Below are positions 22,644-31,786 of a stretch of DNA of 64,000 nt, piece by piece. The DNA comes from an uncultured bacterium (GTDB taxonomy: Bacteria; Fidelibacterota; Marinisomatia; Marinisomatales; Marinisomataceae). The notes beneath the pieces are model-generated. The model did no database searches and was not told where the DNA came from. It was given only the letters and a program-made list of their open reading frames with translations. A program made the translations under genes and the position numbers. Every line of letters begins with the position of its first letter. The stretch's first letter is position 1. The stretch covers positions 80,915-144,914 of the forward strand of contig CALSYL010000003.1 in assembly GCA_943841495.1 (NCBI GenBank), read 5' to 3'.

Positions 22644-23400
22644 ATTGATTTTTTAATCTGTAATTATCGTGTTTCTTTTGAAATTCTCTTCCCATTATTA
22701 GGTAGATTAATTTTCTAAACGCAACAACTACATTCCATTGCCATGGAAAAATGAACACCTTTCTTTTTTTATCTAATGCACGAACTATTTTTTTTGCTGC
22801 TTTTTCCGTACCGATTAAGAAAGGTTTAAATTCAACAGGATCTGTCATTTCACTTTTTACAAATCCAGGACAAATTAAGGTAACTGATATTTGTTTTGGT
22901 AACGAATTTCTTAAAGACCCTGTTAATGCTCTTACGGCCCATTTTGATCCTGCGTATGCGCCAGAACCAGGCCAAGCAACATAACTAGCTACTGAACCCA
23001 CCACAGCTATATGTCCACTATATTGTTCAAGCATTTTGGGTATAAAAGGTACAACAGTATTATTTACACCAATGACATTTGTATTAATCATATCATTCAT
23101 CGCAGTAGGATCTCCTTTTTCAACAAAATCAAGTAATCCTAAACCTGCATTTGCAAAAACTAAATCAATTGTAGAAACTTTGCTTAAAAAATCTTCAATT
23201 GACTCTTTAGTTGAATGTTGATCTGTGACATCAACGGAATAGGTATATATTTTTGCACCTAGAGATTCACACTTTTGAGCAATATTTTCTAATTTTTCCT
23301 TACGTCTAGCACACAGTGCAATAGTTGCACCTCTTTTACTATATTCATAAGCTACATATTCGCCAATACCGCTACTAGCACCTGTAATAAAAATATTCAT
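22636..23400 (-). CDS. Short-chain dehydrogenase/reductase (classical SDR)
   Basis: ITGASSGIG cofactor motif, NAG, and catalytic YAGSKWAV. Confidence 0.85.
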   Translation of the reverse strand: MNIFITGASSGIGEYVAYEYSKRGATIALCARRKEKLENIAQKCESLGAKIYTYSVDVTDQHSTKESIEDFLSKVSTIDLVFANAGLGLLDFVEKGDPTAMNDMINTNVIGVNNTVVPFIPKMLEQYSGHIAVVGSVASYVAWPGSGAYAGSKWAVRALTGSLRNSLPKQISVTLICPGFVKSEMTDPVEFKPFLIGTEKAAKKIVRALDKKRKVFIFPWQWNVVVAFRKLIYLIMGREFQKKHDNYRLKNQSN

Positions 23401-23460
23401 CGGCTATACTACAAATTTATAAGTCACAATTCCAGAAAAACTATTTATATTATCAATTGT

Positions 23461-24432
23461 ATGGATAAAACAAAAATAAATGGATTGTCAAAATCAATCT
23501 TAGAAAGTTTTTCTTGTCAATTGTTAGAAGTCTCAAAAAATATTGATGATGATATTGTGAAAGCCTCAGAGCTAATTATTAATCATCCCGGCAAGCTTGT
23601 TGTCTGCGGACTAGGTAAATCAGGGCTTATTGGTCAAAAAATAGTAGCTACTTTATGCAGTACTGGTACGCAAAGTGTTTATATGCATGCTGCCGAAGCA
23701 ATTCATGGAGATTTAGGAATTTATAGTCCCGGGGATCCAACTATTCTTATTTCTAAGAGTGGAAATACAGAAGAGCTTGTGAGGCTAATTCCAATTTTAC
23801 AAGAGTTTAAATCTCCATTAATATCAATTGTTGGAAATATTGATTCAAGTATTGCAAAAAATTCTGATGTTGTTTTAAACGGAACTGTAGATAAGGAAAT
23901 TGATCCTTTGGGAGTCGTTCCGACAACAAGCTCTTTAGTTGCTTTAGCTATCGGAGATGCATTGGCCTCAGTATTAATGGTTAAAAGGGGATTTAATAAA
24001 GAAGATTTTGCTAGAAATCATCCTGGCGGTGAATTAGGTAAACAGTTATCATTGAAGGTGGAAAGTATAATGCATCATATTAATGATGTTGCACAAATTA
24101 CAGAACAAGATTCAATAAGTGATTGTGCTACCAAGATGACAGAAAAACCTTTAGGTGCAGCATTATTTTTAGATAATAATAAGTTGTTAGGAATAGTAAC
24201 AGAAGGTGATATAAGAAAATCCATTGCTACATCAAATGACTTATCTCAACCAATTAAAAACTTTATCAACTATAATCCTATAGCTGTTAACCCTTCAATT
24301 TCAATTTTAGATGCTATGAAGGTTATGGAAGATAGAAGTTCTCAAATTTCTGTTTTACCTATTGTTGATGGTAATAGTAATTGTCTTGGCCTACTAACAT
24401 TACATGACCTTTATCAAACAAAATTAGTTTAA
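23461..24432 (+). CDS. kpsF: Arabinose-5-phosphate isomerase (KpsF/GutQ; SIS domain plus two CBS domains)
   Basis: SIS motif CGLGKSGLIGQKIVATL, ISKSGNTEEL, and tandem CBS modules at the C-terminus. Confidence 0.85.
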   Translation: MDKTKINGLSKSILESFSCQLLEVSKNIDDDIVKASELIINHPGKLVVCGLGKSGLIGQKIVATLCSTGTQSVYMHAAEAIHGDLGIYSPGDPTILISKSGNTEELVRLIPILQEFKSPLISIVGNIDSSIAKNSDVVLNGTVDKEIDPLGVVPTTSSLVALAIGDALASVLMVKRGFNKEDFARNHPGGELGKQLSLKVESIMHHINDVAQITEQDSISDCATKMTEKPLGAALFLDNNKLLGIVTEGDIRKSIATSNDLSQPIKNFINYNPIAVNPSISILDAMKVMEDRSSQISVLPIVDGNSNCLGLLTLHDLYQTKLV

Positions 24433-24444
24433 TATAATTAGAGA

Positions 24445-27400
24445 CTACCTTACGATAACCATTTTCATGGTTTTATTATAATCACTTTGGCCATCAACTT
24501 TAACTCTTAATTGATAAAAATATACTCCGCTACTGACTTTATCGCCATCATCGTTTTTACCATCCCAGATAGTTGTGTATTGTCCTACAGATTTATCGCC
24601 TTCATCAATTGTTTTAACAAGCTTACCTAGTGTATTGTAGATATGAATTTCTACATCTACCATATTGACCATCATAGATGGTATATCGTATTTAATAGTA
24701 GTTTGATTATTAAATGGATTTGGATAGTTCTGATATAATTTAAAATCATCAGGATTGCTTAGTTGTACCATTCCATTTCCTGCTAATCCATCTTTTGAGA
24801 ACAATTGATAATTTAATTCAATATCATTGGTTATAGCGGCTCCTTCAACAGTAATAATTAGTTGATTATCATTAGATGAAAGGTTACCAAATTCAAATTC
24901 ATAATATTGATTTTCTTGATCAGTATTTTCAAGCACCATGTAACCTTCTTTATTAGAAGCTTTAAAAGTATAAATATTGTTTAAGTTGCTTAGCTCAAAT
25001 CTTCCAGCTGTAGTACCTTCTGGTAATTCAATGATAATTTGATTACCAACAACTTCAGCATCAAATTCAATTGGAATGATTTCTTGTGATTCTTGAGCAA
25101 TTCTTCCTTGTGCTTTAGTCCATAGCCAATTTCTTGAGAATACGCTAATATCATTAATGTCTGCTGTTCCATCTAAGGAAGGCATAGGGTAAGGGCTTGC
25201 TCCACTTGCAGGACCAATATCAACATTTGGCCAAGCACTTACAAATGCATTTAAGTCAGTTACATCGACATCCCAATCACTATCTGAATCACCAAGCAAT
25301 GAGGTATAAGTGTTAAATTCTTTGATTACAAAAGATGATTGATTATCTGCTCCATCTAATGCAACAACTTTCAAATAATAAGTTGTGAAATCATCTAGGG
25401 TTAAATCAGTAAGCTGTAGATTGGTCAAGCCAACATTTTTATATGCAACAATATCTGCAGAGTTGTCATCACCACTAGATCCAATTCCCATAAAGTATGC
25501 TGATATACCTGTATTATCAGACCATCCATCTACTGTTATAGACACTTCTGACGTACTTCGAAGATACGACGAATCGTATATATCGTTTAATGTAACTGTA
25601 CCAGCTGTTGGTCCAGAAGAGTCAAGAAGGAAGCTCACTTCAGACCCAACAGTTTCATTGCCATCATTATCAACTGCTCCTACTTTATAATACCATGTAT
25701 CTCCTTGACTTAATCCTTCATGGATGTAGGAATCAACACCAAATGTTTGTCTGAAAACAAATGTAGTATCTGCCCATGGAGAAGATGAAGGAGAGGGTTC
25801 AAGATGTTCAGAATCAATATTTCCTAATGTCCCTTGACCAAGTAACGTGCTACCATCTGCTGTAAAACTTTCTGTTTGGCTTCCATATACATTATAAGAA
25901 GCAAAATCATCTTCTAGATTTCTATTCCAATATAAACCAATCTTATCTAATGATGGAGTCCATACCGAATTCGTTGAATCATATTCCAGTTCTGCTCCAA
26001 CAGTAACTCCTTGAGGAGCTAAAGGGGATCCAGCAGAATCAAGTTGTCCTGCAGTTAAAGTAAAATTATCAAAAAATGCATAGCCTTGTCCTGCTGTATA
26101 AACATGAATCGCCACTCTAACTTTTGTTCCTGCGTATTGAGTTAAGTCATAAGATCTTTCAGTCCACGCTCCTACAGCTTCTGTAACTGTATCTAATGTT
26201 ACTGTGAAACTCTCTGGAAGAGCAGAACCAGTAGGGGAAAGCATTACTGAATAGTTTTCTTCTTCACCATTCATATTAGTATAAAATTTAATTAAATTAT
26301 CTGTACCAGGTCTAAGCCACAGTTCAGGACTTACTAACCAATCATCTGCAGTGGCACTACTATTCATTCCAAGTCCTGCCATCCAGTGACTACCGTCTGC
26401 AGCACCAAATCCAGCTGTATAATACCACCAACCCCATGAGTCTGAATCATTATTTTCATCAAAGTATGAAAAGGCATGAACATCTCTTCTATTATCTGCC
26501 CATCCATAAGGATTTGTTTCAAACCCTTCTTCCCATAAGGTATCTTGCTGAGCAGTTACCCATATTAGATTTGATTTTGCAACATTATCAGTACTTGAAC
26601 CATCTGAAACTTGTAGTGAGACTGAATAACGTCCTGAGCTTTGGAAGGTATGAGATGGAGACTGCTCTGTACTAGTATTACCATCACCAAAATTCCACAA
26701 CCAACTACTAACATTACCAGTAGATCTATCGCTAAAATTAACAGTTAGTGGAAAAACTCCAGAAAGTTTGTCAGGAGTAAATGCAGCATTTAGTGGTGCA
26801 GTGGATGTAAATCCAGTAGAATAAAATATCCCTCTTCCATGTGTTCCCGCAGCCAGTGCATTATCTGAAGATCTTCTAACGAGCATATCAGTTCTTACGT
26901 TTGCTAATCCATCATTTGATGGATACCAAGTAGGAGATGCAGCTGTGACATCGTCCGATACCCATGTACCTAATTCGGTAGCTAGTATAACTTGGTTATA
27001 ATTTTCAGGATTGTATAATCCCCATCTTACTGGCATATCTGAAAGATCACCTTCAATATCTGTCCAGCCGTTAGAACCGCCTCCACCGACTGTTTCCCAA
27101 ACAGAAACTGCCCCATAGTTTGATATAGTTGCTAAAATTTGATTATCAGAAGCTCCTATATCAATAGATGAAATATATCCCTGCATGCTTGATCCACCTA
27201 TTTCTTCAACAGTATATGATGAAGTGCTTGCATTAGAAATTTTAAAAATTCTACCAGCTGACGTTCCAACAAACAGTACATCACTACTATGAGGAGAGAT
27301 TTTAAAAGCTGAAGCTGTTGAACCTAGGGAAACTTGCATAACTGATTTGTCAGCAAGCGTTGCATAGTTTCTTAATTTTAAAATTGAAGTAGCATCTAAT

Positions 27401-29202
27401 GCAGAGTAAAAAGTTTGAGTATTACCATCTATTGTAGAAGGGTTAATGAAGAAGCCTGTATCTCCACCGTCACTTGTTTCATGATTAGCATAATAACTCC
27501 AAGTCGATCCACCGTTGGTGCTTCTATAAATATTGTTATATGTTGTTGCTGTAAACTGATAATTTGGGTCAACTTGATCAATATGGGTATATGCTCCATC
27601 ACCTCCAACTACAGCATTACCATCTCCAATGCCGGTTCCACCAATTGTCCATGTACCGTTATCTTGCGTACCTCCTATAACATATTCACTGCCAGCATCA
27701 GGATGAAGTGCTACTGAATAGAATTGACTTACATTGTAACCAGTATTTCTATCTGCTAGTGTTGCACCAGCATCGTTTGTATAATAAACACCTCCATCAT
27801 TTGAAAAGATAATTTCATTACTTGTTACAGTTTTAAGATTCTGTTGATCAACATGCATATAAGGATATGTTGAACCTCCGGAATTAGAAACTTGAATCCA
27901 AGAATCACCTCCATCAGTTGATTTAAAAACATCTAACTCTCCTGCATATAAAATGTTTGGATCATTTGGATCTACGCCAAGACTTAAATCATAGCCGGCT
28001 TGTCCGTTAGCGTCTCCTAGAACATTTCCATTGTCATCAACTGGAAATGGATCAGATGTCCCTGCTGTGTATGTCGTCCAGTTTGCACCGCCATCAACAG
28101 TCTTAACAATCCATTGAATTTTTCTAGTATCAGAACTAGCTATCATTGCATAAACATAGTTTGGGTCAGATGGAGCTACTGCGATTATAGTTCTATTCGG
28201 GCTCCCTAAAAATGAGATAGATGCTTTTGTCCAATTTAAGCCATCGTCTGAGCTGAATATATCACCGCCGCCATTACCATAAACATTTGTTCGAGATGCA
28301 GCCCAAATTTTGTTGTCGCTTCCCATATCTAAGTCCATTATTTCATATGCATCACCATCTGTAGAAGCTGTATCCATTACTTGCGACCAAGTTGTGCCAC
28401 CATCTGTTGATCTCCAAAGTCCAGTATATTCTGATCCATGCCATTTACCTTCATAGCGATGACCGCCTACACCAATATATACAACACTTGATCCACCTTC
28501 ATTTCTTACAAGTATATCAGTAACGTAATTAAAATTTTCAGTTGAAGATAAATGTGACCAAGTTGCACCACCGTCAGTTGTTTTCCATAGCCCTAATCCG
28601 CGACTAGCAGTTGAAAAAATACCCATTCTTTCACCAGTACCAACATACATTGTATTGGTGTCATTTGGATCATAGTTAATACTACAAACAGCTAAATTAC
28701 CCCATGTTCCATCTACGCTATTCCAATCTGGATTTGAACTCGTAATATCATTGGTATACCATAGTCCGCCAGATACTCCAGCAGCCCATAGCTTTTTATT
28801 TGAAGAATCATTTGGATCTAATAATAATGCCCTAGTTCGTCCGCCTATAGTATTGGGACCTCTTTCAATCCAATTAACTTCCGTCATTTTTTTAGAATAC
28901 ATTGAGCTAGTTCTTTTTTCTTCAGCTTCATCAATAGCATTTAGAATTCTTTCGGTTGGGATAGTCCCGGTATTCAAGTCATACATCATTAAATAATCAT
29001 GAGCACCTTTAAGATCTGGTCTCAAAGCTTTAGGTAGTTTTTTACTATCCTTATAAGACAATATTTGTTTACTAGCTAAGAACTCATCAATGAACGCTTC
29101 ACGTTCAATTCTTTGATTTTCAAGATAAAAATTTTGTACTGGTTGAAATAGTAAAAATATTGCAATAATAAGTCCAATTGATATGTATGTAATTTTTTTC
29201 AT
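24445..29202 (-). CDS. 1585-aa secreted multidomain protein. Domains in order: signal/anchor, Asp-box (BNR/sortilin-like) beta-propeller region, PKD, choice-of-anchor-J/cleaved-adhesin-like domain, FN3/Ig-like modules, dockerin-like module, Ig-like module, T9SS C-terminal sorting domain
   Basis: About 7 Asp-boxes (TTDGGATWSH, STDGGTTWSQ, SSDDGLNWTK, TVDGGANWTT, STDGGDSWIQ, SNDGGVYY, STNGGSTWSY) between aa ~110-800. PKD signature WNFGDGNTSTEQSPSHTF. LWEEGFE...DDWLVSPELWL...YSVMLSPTG is choice-of-anchor-J-like. The start lies 3 nt downstream of the upstream lipoprotein's stop. Confidence 0.85.
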   Translation of the reverse strand: MKKITYISIGLIIAIFLLFQPVQNFYLENQRIEREAFIDEFLASKQILSYKDSKKLPKALRPDLKGAHDYLMMYDLNTGTIPTERILNAIDEAEEKRTSSMYSKKMTEVNWIERGPNTIGGRTRALLLDPNDSSNKKLWAAGVSGGLWYTNDITSSNPDWNSVDGTWGNLAVCSINYDPNDTNTMYVGTGERMGIFSTASRGLGLWKTTDGGATWSHLSSTENFNYVTDILVRNEGGSSVVYIGVGGHRYEGKWHGSEYTGLWRSTDGGTTWSQVMDTASTDGDAYEIMDLDMGSDNKIWAASRTNVYGNGGGDIFSSDDGLNWTKASISFLGSPNRTIIAVAPSDPNYVYAMIASSDTRKIQWIVKTVDGGANWTTYTAGTSDPFPVDDNGNVLGDANGQAGYDLSLGVDPNDPNILYAGELDVFKSTDGGDSWIQVSNSGGSTYPYMHVDQQNLKTVTSNEIIFSNDGGVYYTNDAGATLADRNTGYNVSQFYSVALHPDAGSEYVIGGTQDNGTWTIGGTGIGDGNAVVGGDGAYTHIDQVDPNYQFTATTYNNIYRSTNGGSTWSYYANHETSDGGDTGFFINPSTIDGNTQTFYSALDATSILKLRNYATLADKSVMQVSLGSTASAFKISPHSSDVLFVGTSAGRIFKISNASTSSYTVEEIGGSSMQGYISSIDIGASDNQILATISNYGAVSVWETVGGGGSNGWTDIEGDLSDMPVRWGLYNPENYNQVILATELGTWVSDDVTAASPTWYPSNDGLANVRTDMLVRRSSDNALAAGTHGRGIFYSTGFTSTAPLNAAFTPDKLSGVFPLTVNFSDRSTGNVSSWLWNFGDGNTSTEQSPSHTFQSSGRYSVSLQVSDGSSTDNVAKSNLIWVTAQQDTLWEEGFETNPYGWADNRRDVHAFSYFDENNDSDSWGWWYYTAGFGAADGSHWMAGLGMNSSATADDWLVSPELWLRPGTDNLIKFYTNMNGEEENYSVMLSPTGSALPESFTVTLDTVTEAVGAWTERSYDLTQYAGTKVRVAIHVYTAGQGYAFFDNFTLTAGQLDSAGSPLAPQGVTVGAELEYDSTNSVWTPSLDKIGLYWNRNLEDDFASYNVYGSQTESFTADGSTLLGQGTLGNIDSEHLEPSPSSSPWADTTFVFRQTFGVDSYIHEGLSQGDTWYYKVGAVDNDGNETVGSEVSFLLDSSGPTAGTVTLNDIYDSSYLRSTSEVSITVDGWSDNTGISAYFMGIGSSGDDNSADIVAYKNVGLTNLQLTDLTLDDFTTYYLKVVALDGADNQSSFVIKEFNTYTSLLGDSDSDWDVDVTDLNAFVSAWPNVDIGPASGASPYPMPSLDGTADINDISVFSRNWLWTKAQGRIAQESQEIIPIEFDAEVVGNQIIIELPEGTTAGRFELSNLNNIYTFKASNKEGYMVLENTDQENQYYEFEFGNLSSNDNQLIITVEGAAITNDIELNYQLFSKDGLAGNGMVQLSNPDDFKLYQNYPNPFNNQTTIKYDIPSMMVNMVDVEIHIYNTLGKLVKTIDEGDKSVGQYTTIWDGKNDDGDKVSSGVYFYQLRVKVDGQSDYNKTMKMVIVR
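24448..24744 (-). other. T9SS type-A C-terminal sorting domain (Por_Secre_tail / FlgD-Ig-like), aa 1487-1585 of the giant protein
   Basis: FKLYQNYPNPFNNQTTIKYDIP...IHIYNTLGKLVKTI...WDGKNDDGDKVSSGVYFYQLRV is the hallmark pattern of this sorting domain. Confidence 0.8.
25120..25299 (-). other. Dockerin-like module (duplicated Ca-binding F-hand), aa 1302-1361 of the giant protein
   Basis: Repeat 1, DSDSDWDVDVTDLNAFVSAW, has Asp at loop positions 1, 3, 5, 9 and 12. Repeat 2, (SL)DGTADINDISVFSRNW, keeps positions 5, 9 and 12. The start-to-start spacing of ~34 aa matches dockerins. Confidence 0.6.
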
Positions 29203-29205
29203 TTT

Positions 29206-30246
29206 TTACTCTACTATAATATATCCATTTACTGATTGATTTAAAGTTATATCGCTTCCATCTACATCTAATATTTGTTGAGAAGATGTATTTGAATCAA
29301 AATTAATTGAAATACTTTCTCCGCTAGCTCCATTGACAGTAAAGTTAATAGTAGCTAAAGTGCCATCTCCATCTGCGCTAGGTTTATCTGATGAAAGAGA
29401 TGATGTATAAATTGATAACTGTGTTGTAGAACCATCTGTTGAAGTTTCAGTCACAAGCAAAGGATCAGTATTACCTTGTAAAAAGTCTCCATCGTCAATA
29501 TTGCCTAAAGTAAGTTTTGTATTATCCCAAATTAAAATTGCTTGAGCTGCCGCAACGCCAGTCGCGCCTAAAATATTCCAATTAATAGTTACTGAATTTC
29601 CAGATGTTGCAGAAGTATATTTACTATCAATAACAAATGCAGGAGTTTGAACATCGCTAACATTGATATAGCTTGAAAGAACATTAGTATCTGTTCCACC
29701 GTCACCAACAACTGAAAGTGTTACATCATAAGCTCCAGCAGTGGTGTAAGTATGCACAGGATTTTCATCAGTGCTTGTATTGCCATCACCAAAGTCCCAA
29801 AGAGAAGTATTGTACCTCACTGAAGAATTAGAAAATTCAACTCTCAAATCTTTTGTTCCAGAGGTAGGCTCACCAGTAAATAGGGCAGCTGGAGGAGTTG
29901 CAGTTACAGTTACATAATTACTTTTTGTTTCAACATCTACACCATTCGGCCCCGTTGCAGTGAGCGACACAGTATAAGTACCAGCTTCATTATAAGTGTA
30001 TTGTGCTAATATTCCTGAAGCATCTAAAGTACCATCTCCATTAAAATCCCAATCATGTGAAGTAGTATTAGTAGAAGTAGATGTAAAATTAACTATTAAA
30101 GGGGTACTGCCACTTAATGGTGTTGCAGAAAAATTAGCTACCGGAGGATCGTTGTTTGGCCCTGGACCTGTATCATCTCCACCTCCACCGCCACCGCAGT
30201 TAATTAGGATGAGTGCAATAAAGATTGGAAGTAATTTTCTGAACAT
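29206..30246 (-). CDS. Lipoprotein with poly-Gly linker, two PKD domains and a C-terminal cohesin-like domain
   Basis: Lipobox LILINC (Cys17) followed by GGGGGGDD. PKD signatures WDFNGDGTLD...YTVSLTA and WDFGDGNTSTDENPVHTY...YDVTLSV. The C-terminal 144 aa is cohesin-like. Confidence 0.8.
   Translation of the reverse strand: MFRKLLPIFIALILINCGGGGGGDDTGPGPNNDPPVANFSATPLSGSTPLIVNFTSTSTNTTSHDWDFNGDGTLDASGILAQYTYNEAGTYTVSLTATGPNGVDVETKSNYVTVTATPPAALFTGEPTSGTKDLRVEFSNSSVRYNTSLWDFGDGNTSTDENPVHTYTTAGAYDVTLSVVGDGGTDTNVLSSYINVSDVQTPAFVIDSKYTSATSGNSVTINWNILGATGVAAAQAILIWDNTKLTLGNIDDGDFLQGNTDPLLVTETSTDGSTTQLSIYTSSLSSDKPSADGDGTLATINFTVNGASGESISINFDSNTSSQQILDVDGSDITLNQSVNGYIIVE
29209..29640 (-). other. 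Cohesin-like domain, aa 203-346 of the lipoprotein
   Basis: SGNSVTINWNILGATGVAAAQAILIWDNTKLTLGNIDDGDFLQG...GDGTLATINFTVNGASGESISINF...VNGYIIVE parallels the cohesin pattern (G.tV.V.v...g..g....l.yD...L....v..Gd......GdGtlatl.F.v......). Confidence 0.6.
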
Positions 30247-30307
30247 TAGTTAATGTACAATAAATAATTGTTTGGTTTCAATAATTAAAGAAGGATTTAA
30301 AAAAAAA

Positions 30308-31390
30308 TTATAAAAGAGTTAAAGAGATGTTCCTATCCATTAAATATTGTAATAGAAAATCAAAACATTTTTTATTTGAGCCAACAATTTCTGGAGGATG
30401 AACTCCTTTTTTATCCCATAAATTATTAGCTAGCATGTTTACAGTTGCTGTAGCAGTATAACCGGTTGTTCGCGCCATGGAAGAAGATGTAGTATCCTCA
30501 TCAAATTCATCATAAAGATGATATTTAATATTTTTTGCACTACTATATATATTAATATCTAAAACAGTAAATTCTTTTTCGTTCTTGCCTAATTCCCAAT
30601 CTTTAAAAAGATTAGTTGCTGTTTGCTTGATATTTTCTTCATTAAACAGCCCTTTGTCATATAGTGATTGCATCAATTCAGCATGTCCTGGATAACGTAA
30701 GGTTTTTTCCTTCATATTAGGGATATGAGTCATTGTGGTTAGCAATGATCTTAGTCCATCCGTATTAAATGCTTCAAGTTTTCCAACATCTAAAATATCA
30801 AGAATTTCAATTTCAGACAAAGCAGGTTTAATAACTATTTTTGAATCTATCATCATTCTAGCTGGTCTAGTATATTCTTCAATAACATCTATTGGAGAAA
30901 AAGGAGCTTTATAATAATAAGGGGGAATGGGATTCTTAGGAAGTCCGCCTACAACATATTCAAAAGCTTCTACTTCCAGCTGAGAATTCCAATACCCTAA
31001 AACAAAGTTAGGTATTCCAGGTGCAACACCTGCATCAACTACAGCACAGACATCATTTGTTACAGCGAGATCATGGAGCATTAAAACATTTTCAGGAGAA
31101 AAAGAGATATCAACAACATCTTTTCCACTTTCAATTATTGTCTTAAGTGCATCAAAACCTAAAAATCCTGGAACAGCAAGTAGAACAATATCAGCATCTT
31201 TAATCCATTTACTTAAACTTTCTTTATTTGTTACATCTAACTGATGAGTATGAATGTGGTTTAGTTCAGATTTAATTTTCTGTAGTAAGTTTATATTGGA
31301 GTCTGCTAAGTGAAGGTCAAAATTTCTAGATAAATCATGTGCCATTGTTTTTCCAACAAGACCGGCACCAATTTGAAAGATTTTTTTCAT
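30308..31390 (-). CDS. Saccharopine dehydrogenase-family NAD(P) oxidoreductase
   Basis: Rossmann motif MKKIFQIGAGLVGK, with central and C-terminal regions typical of the Sacchrp_dh family. The first 23 codons of the listed ORF (to 31459) are the antisense-free read-through of tRNA-Asp and are excluded. Confidence 0.7.
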   Translation of the reverse strand: MKKIFQIGAGLVGKTMAHDLSRNFDLHLADSNINLLQKIKSELNHIHTHQLDVTNKESLSKWIKDADIVLLAVPGFLGFDALKTIIESGKDVVDISFSPENVLMLHDLAVTNDVCAVVDAGVAPGIPNFVLGYWNSQLEVEAFEYVVGGLPKNPIPPYYYKAPFSPIDVIEEYTRPARMMIDSKIVIKPALSEIEILDILDVGKLEAFNTDGLRSLLTTMTHIPNMKEKTLRYPGHAELMQSLYDKGLFNEENIKQTATNLFKDWELGKNEKEFTVLDINIYSSAKNIKYHLYDEFDEDTTSSSMARTTGYTATATVNMLANNLWDKKGVHPPEIVGSNKKCFDFLLQYLMDRNISLTLL

Positions 31391-31400
31391 TGAAAATTTG

Positions 31401-31474
<74 letters not shown>

Positions 31475-31477
31475 AAA

Positions 31478-31693
31478 TTATTTTTTATAAAGCAAAGCTA
31501 GTGGAATAATTACTATATAACCAGCTAGCAATAGTAGAGGAGAGATTGCAAGACTTTGAAAGCTATTAACTTCTCCTAAATACATTATCAAATAACCCAC
31601 AATTATAACGAAAACTCCAACACCAAACAAAAGATAATTTTTTCTTTTATAAGGCCATAAAAATTTCACCGACTGTTTATTTTTTGCTTTCAT
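31478..31693 (-). CDS. Small two-TM membrane protein (71 aa), function unknown
   Basis: Basic N-terminus followed by two clear hydrophobic helices. Its stop lies 3 nt from the tRNA-Asp 5' end. Confidence 0.5.
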   Translation of the reverse strand: MKAKNKQSVKFLWPYKRKNYLLFGVGVFVIIVGYLIMYLGEVNSFQSLAISPLLLLAGYIVIIPLALLYKK

Positions 31694-31786
31694 AATCGTT
31701 AAGTTAGTTTTGATAATTTATCTTTGCAAAAATAATATTCCATTCATTGATTAGAGAAAATAAATAAGTTAATTTCTTCCTTTCAG

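Noticed and set aside
26650-26700. DNA-level similarity between the PKD-coding segments of the giant protein (~26650-26700) and the lipoprotein (~29760-29800).
   Set aside because: The match is short and imperfect, and confined to the conserved WxFGDGNTST motif codons. This is consistent with a shared domain family, not a recent duplication, DGR template/variable repeat pair or recombination substrate. No reverse transcriptase is present.
30171-30200. GC-rich tract ccacctccaccgccaccgca, which looks like a simple repeat.
   Set aside because: It is the coding sequence of the GGGGGG linker right after the lipoprotein Cys. It is not an independent repeat element.
24445-30246. Visibly higher G+C of the giant-protein/lipoprotein block, as a possible horizontally acquired island.
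   Set aside because: The shift tracks amino-acid composition (Gly/Thr/Ser/Asp/Trp-rich extracellular domains). There are no flanking repeats, integrase or truncated tRNA target; the nearby tRNA-Asp is intact. I could not compute skew or codon statistics.
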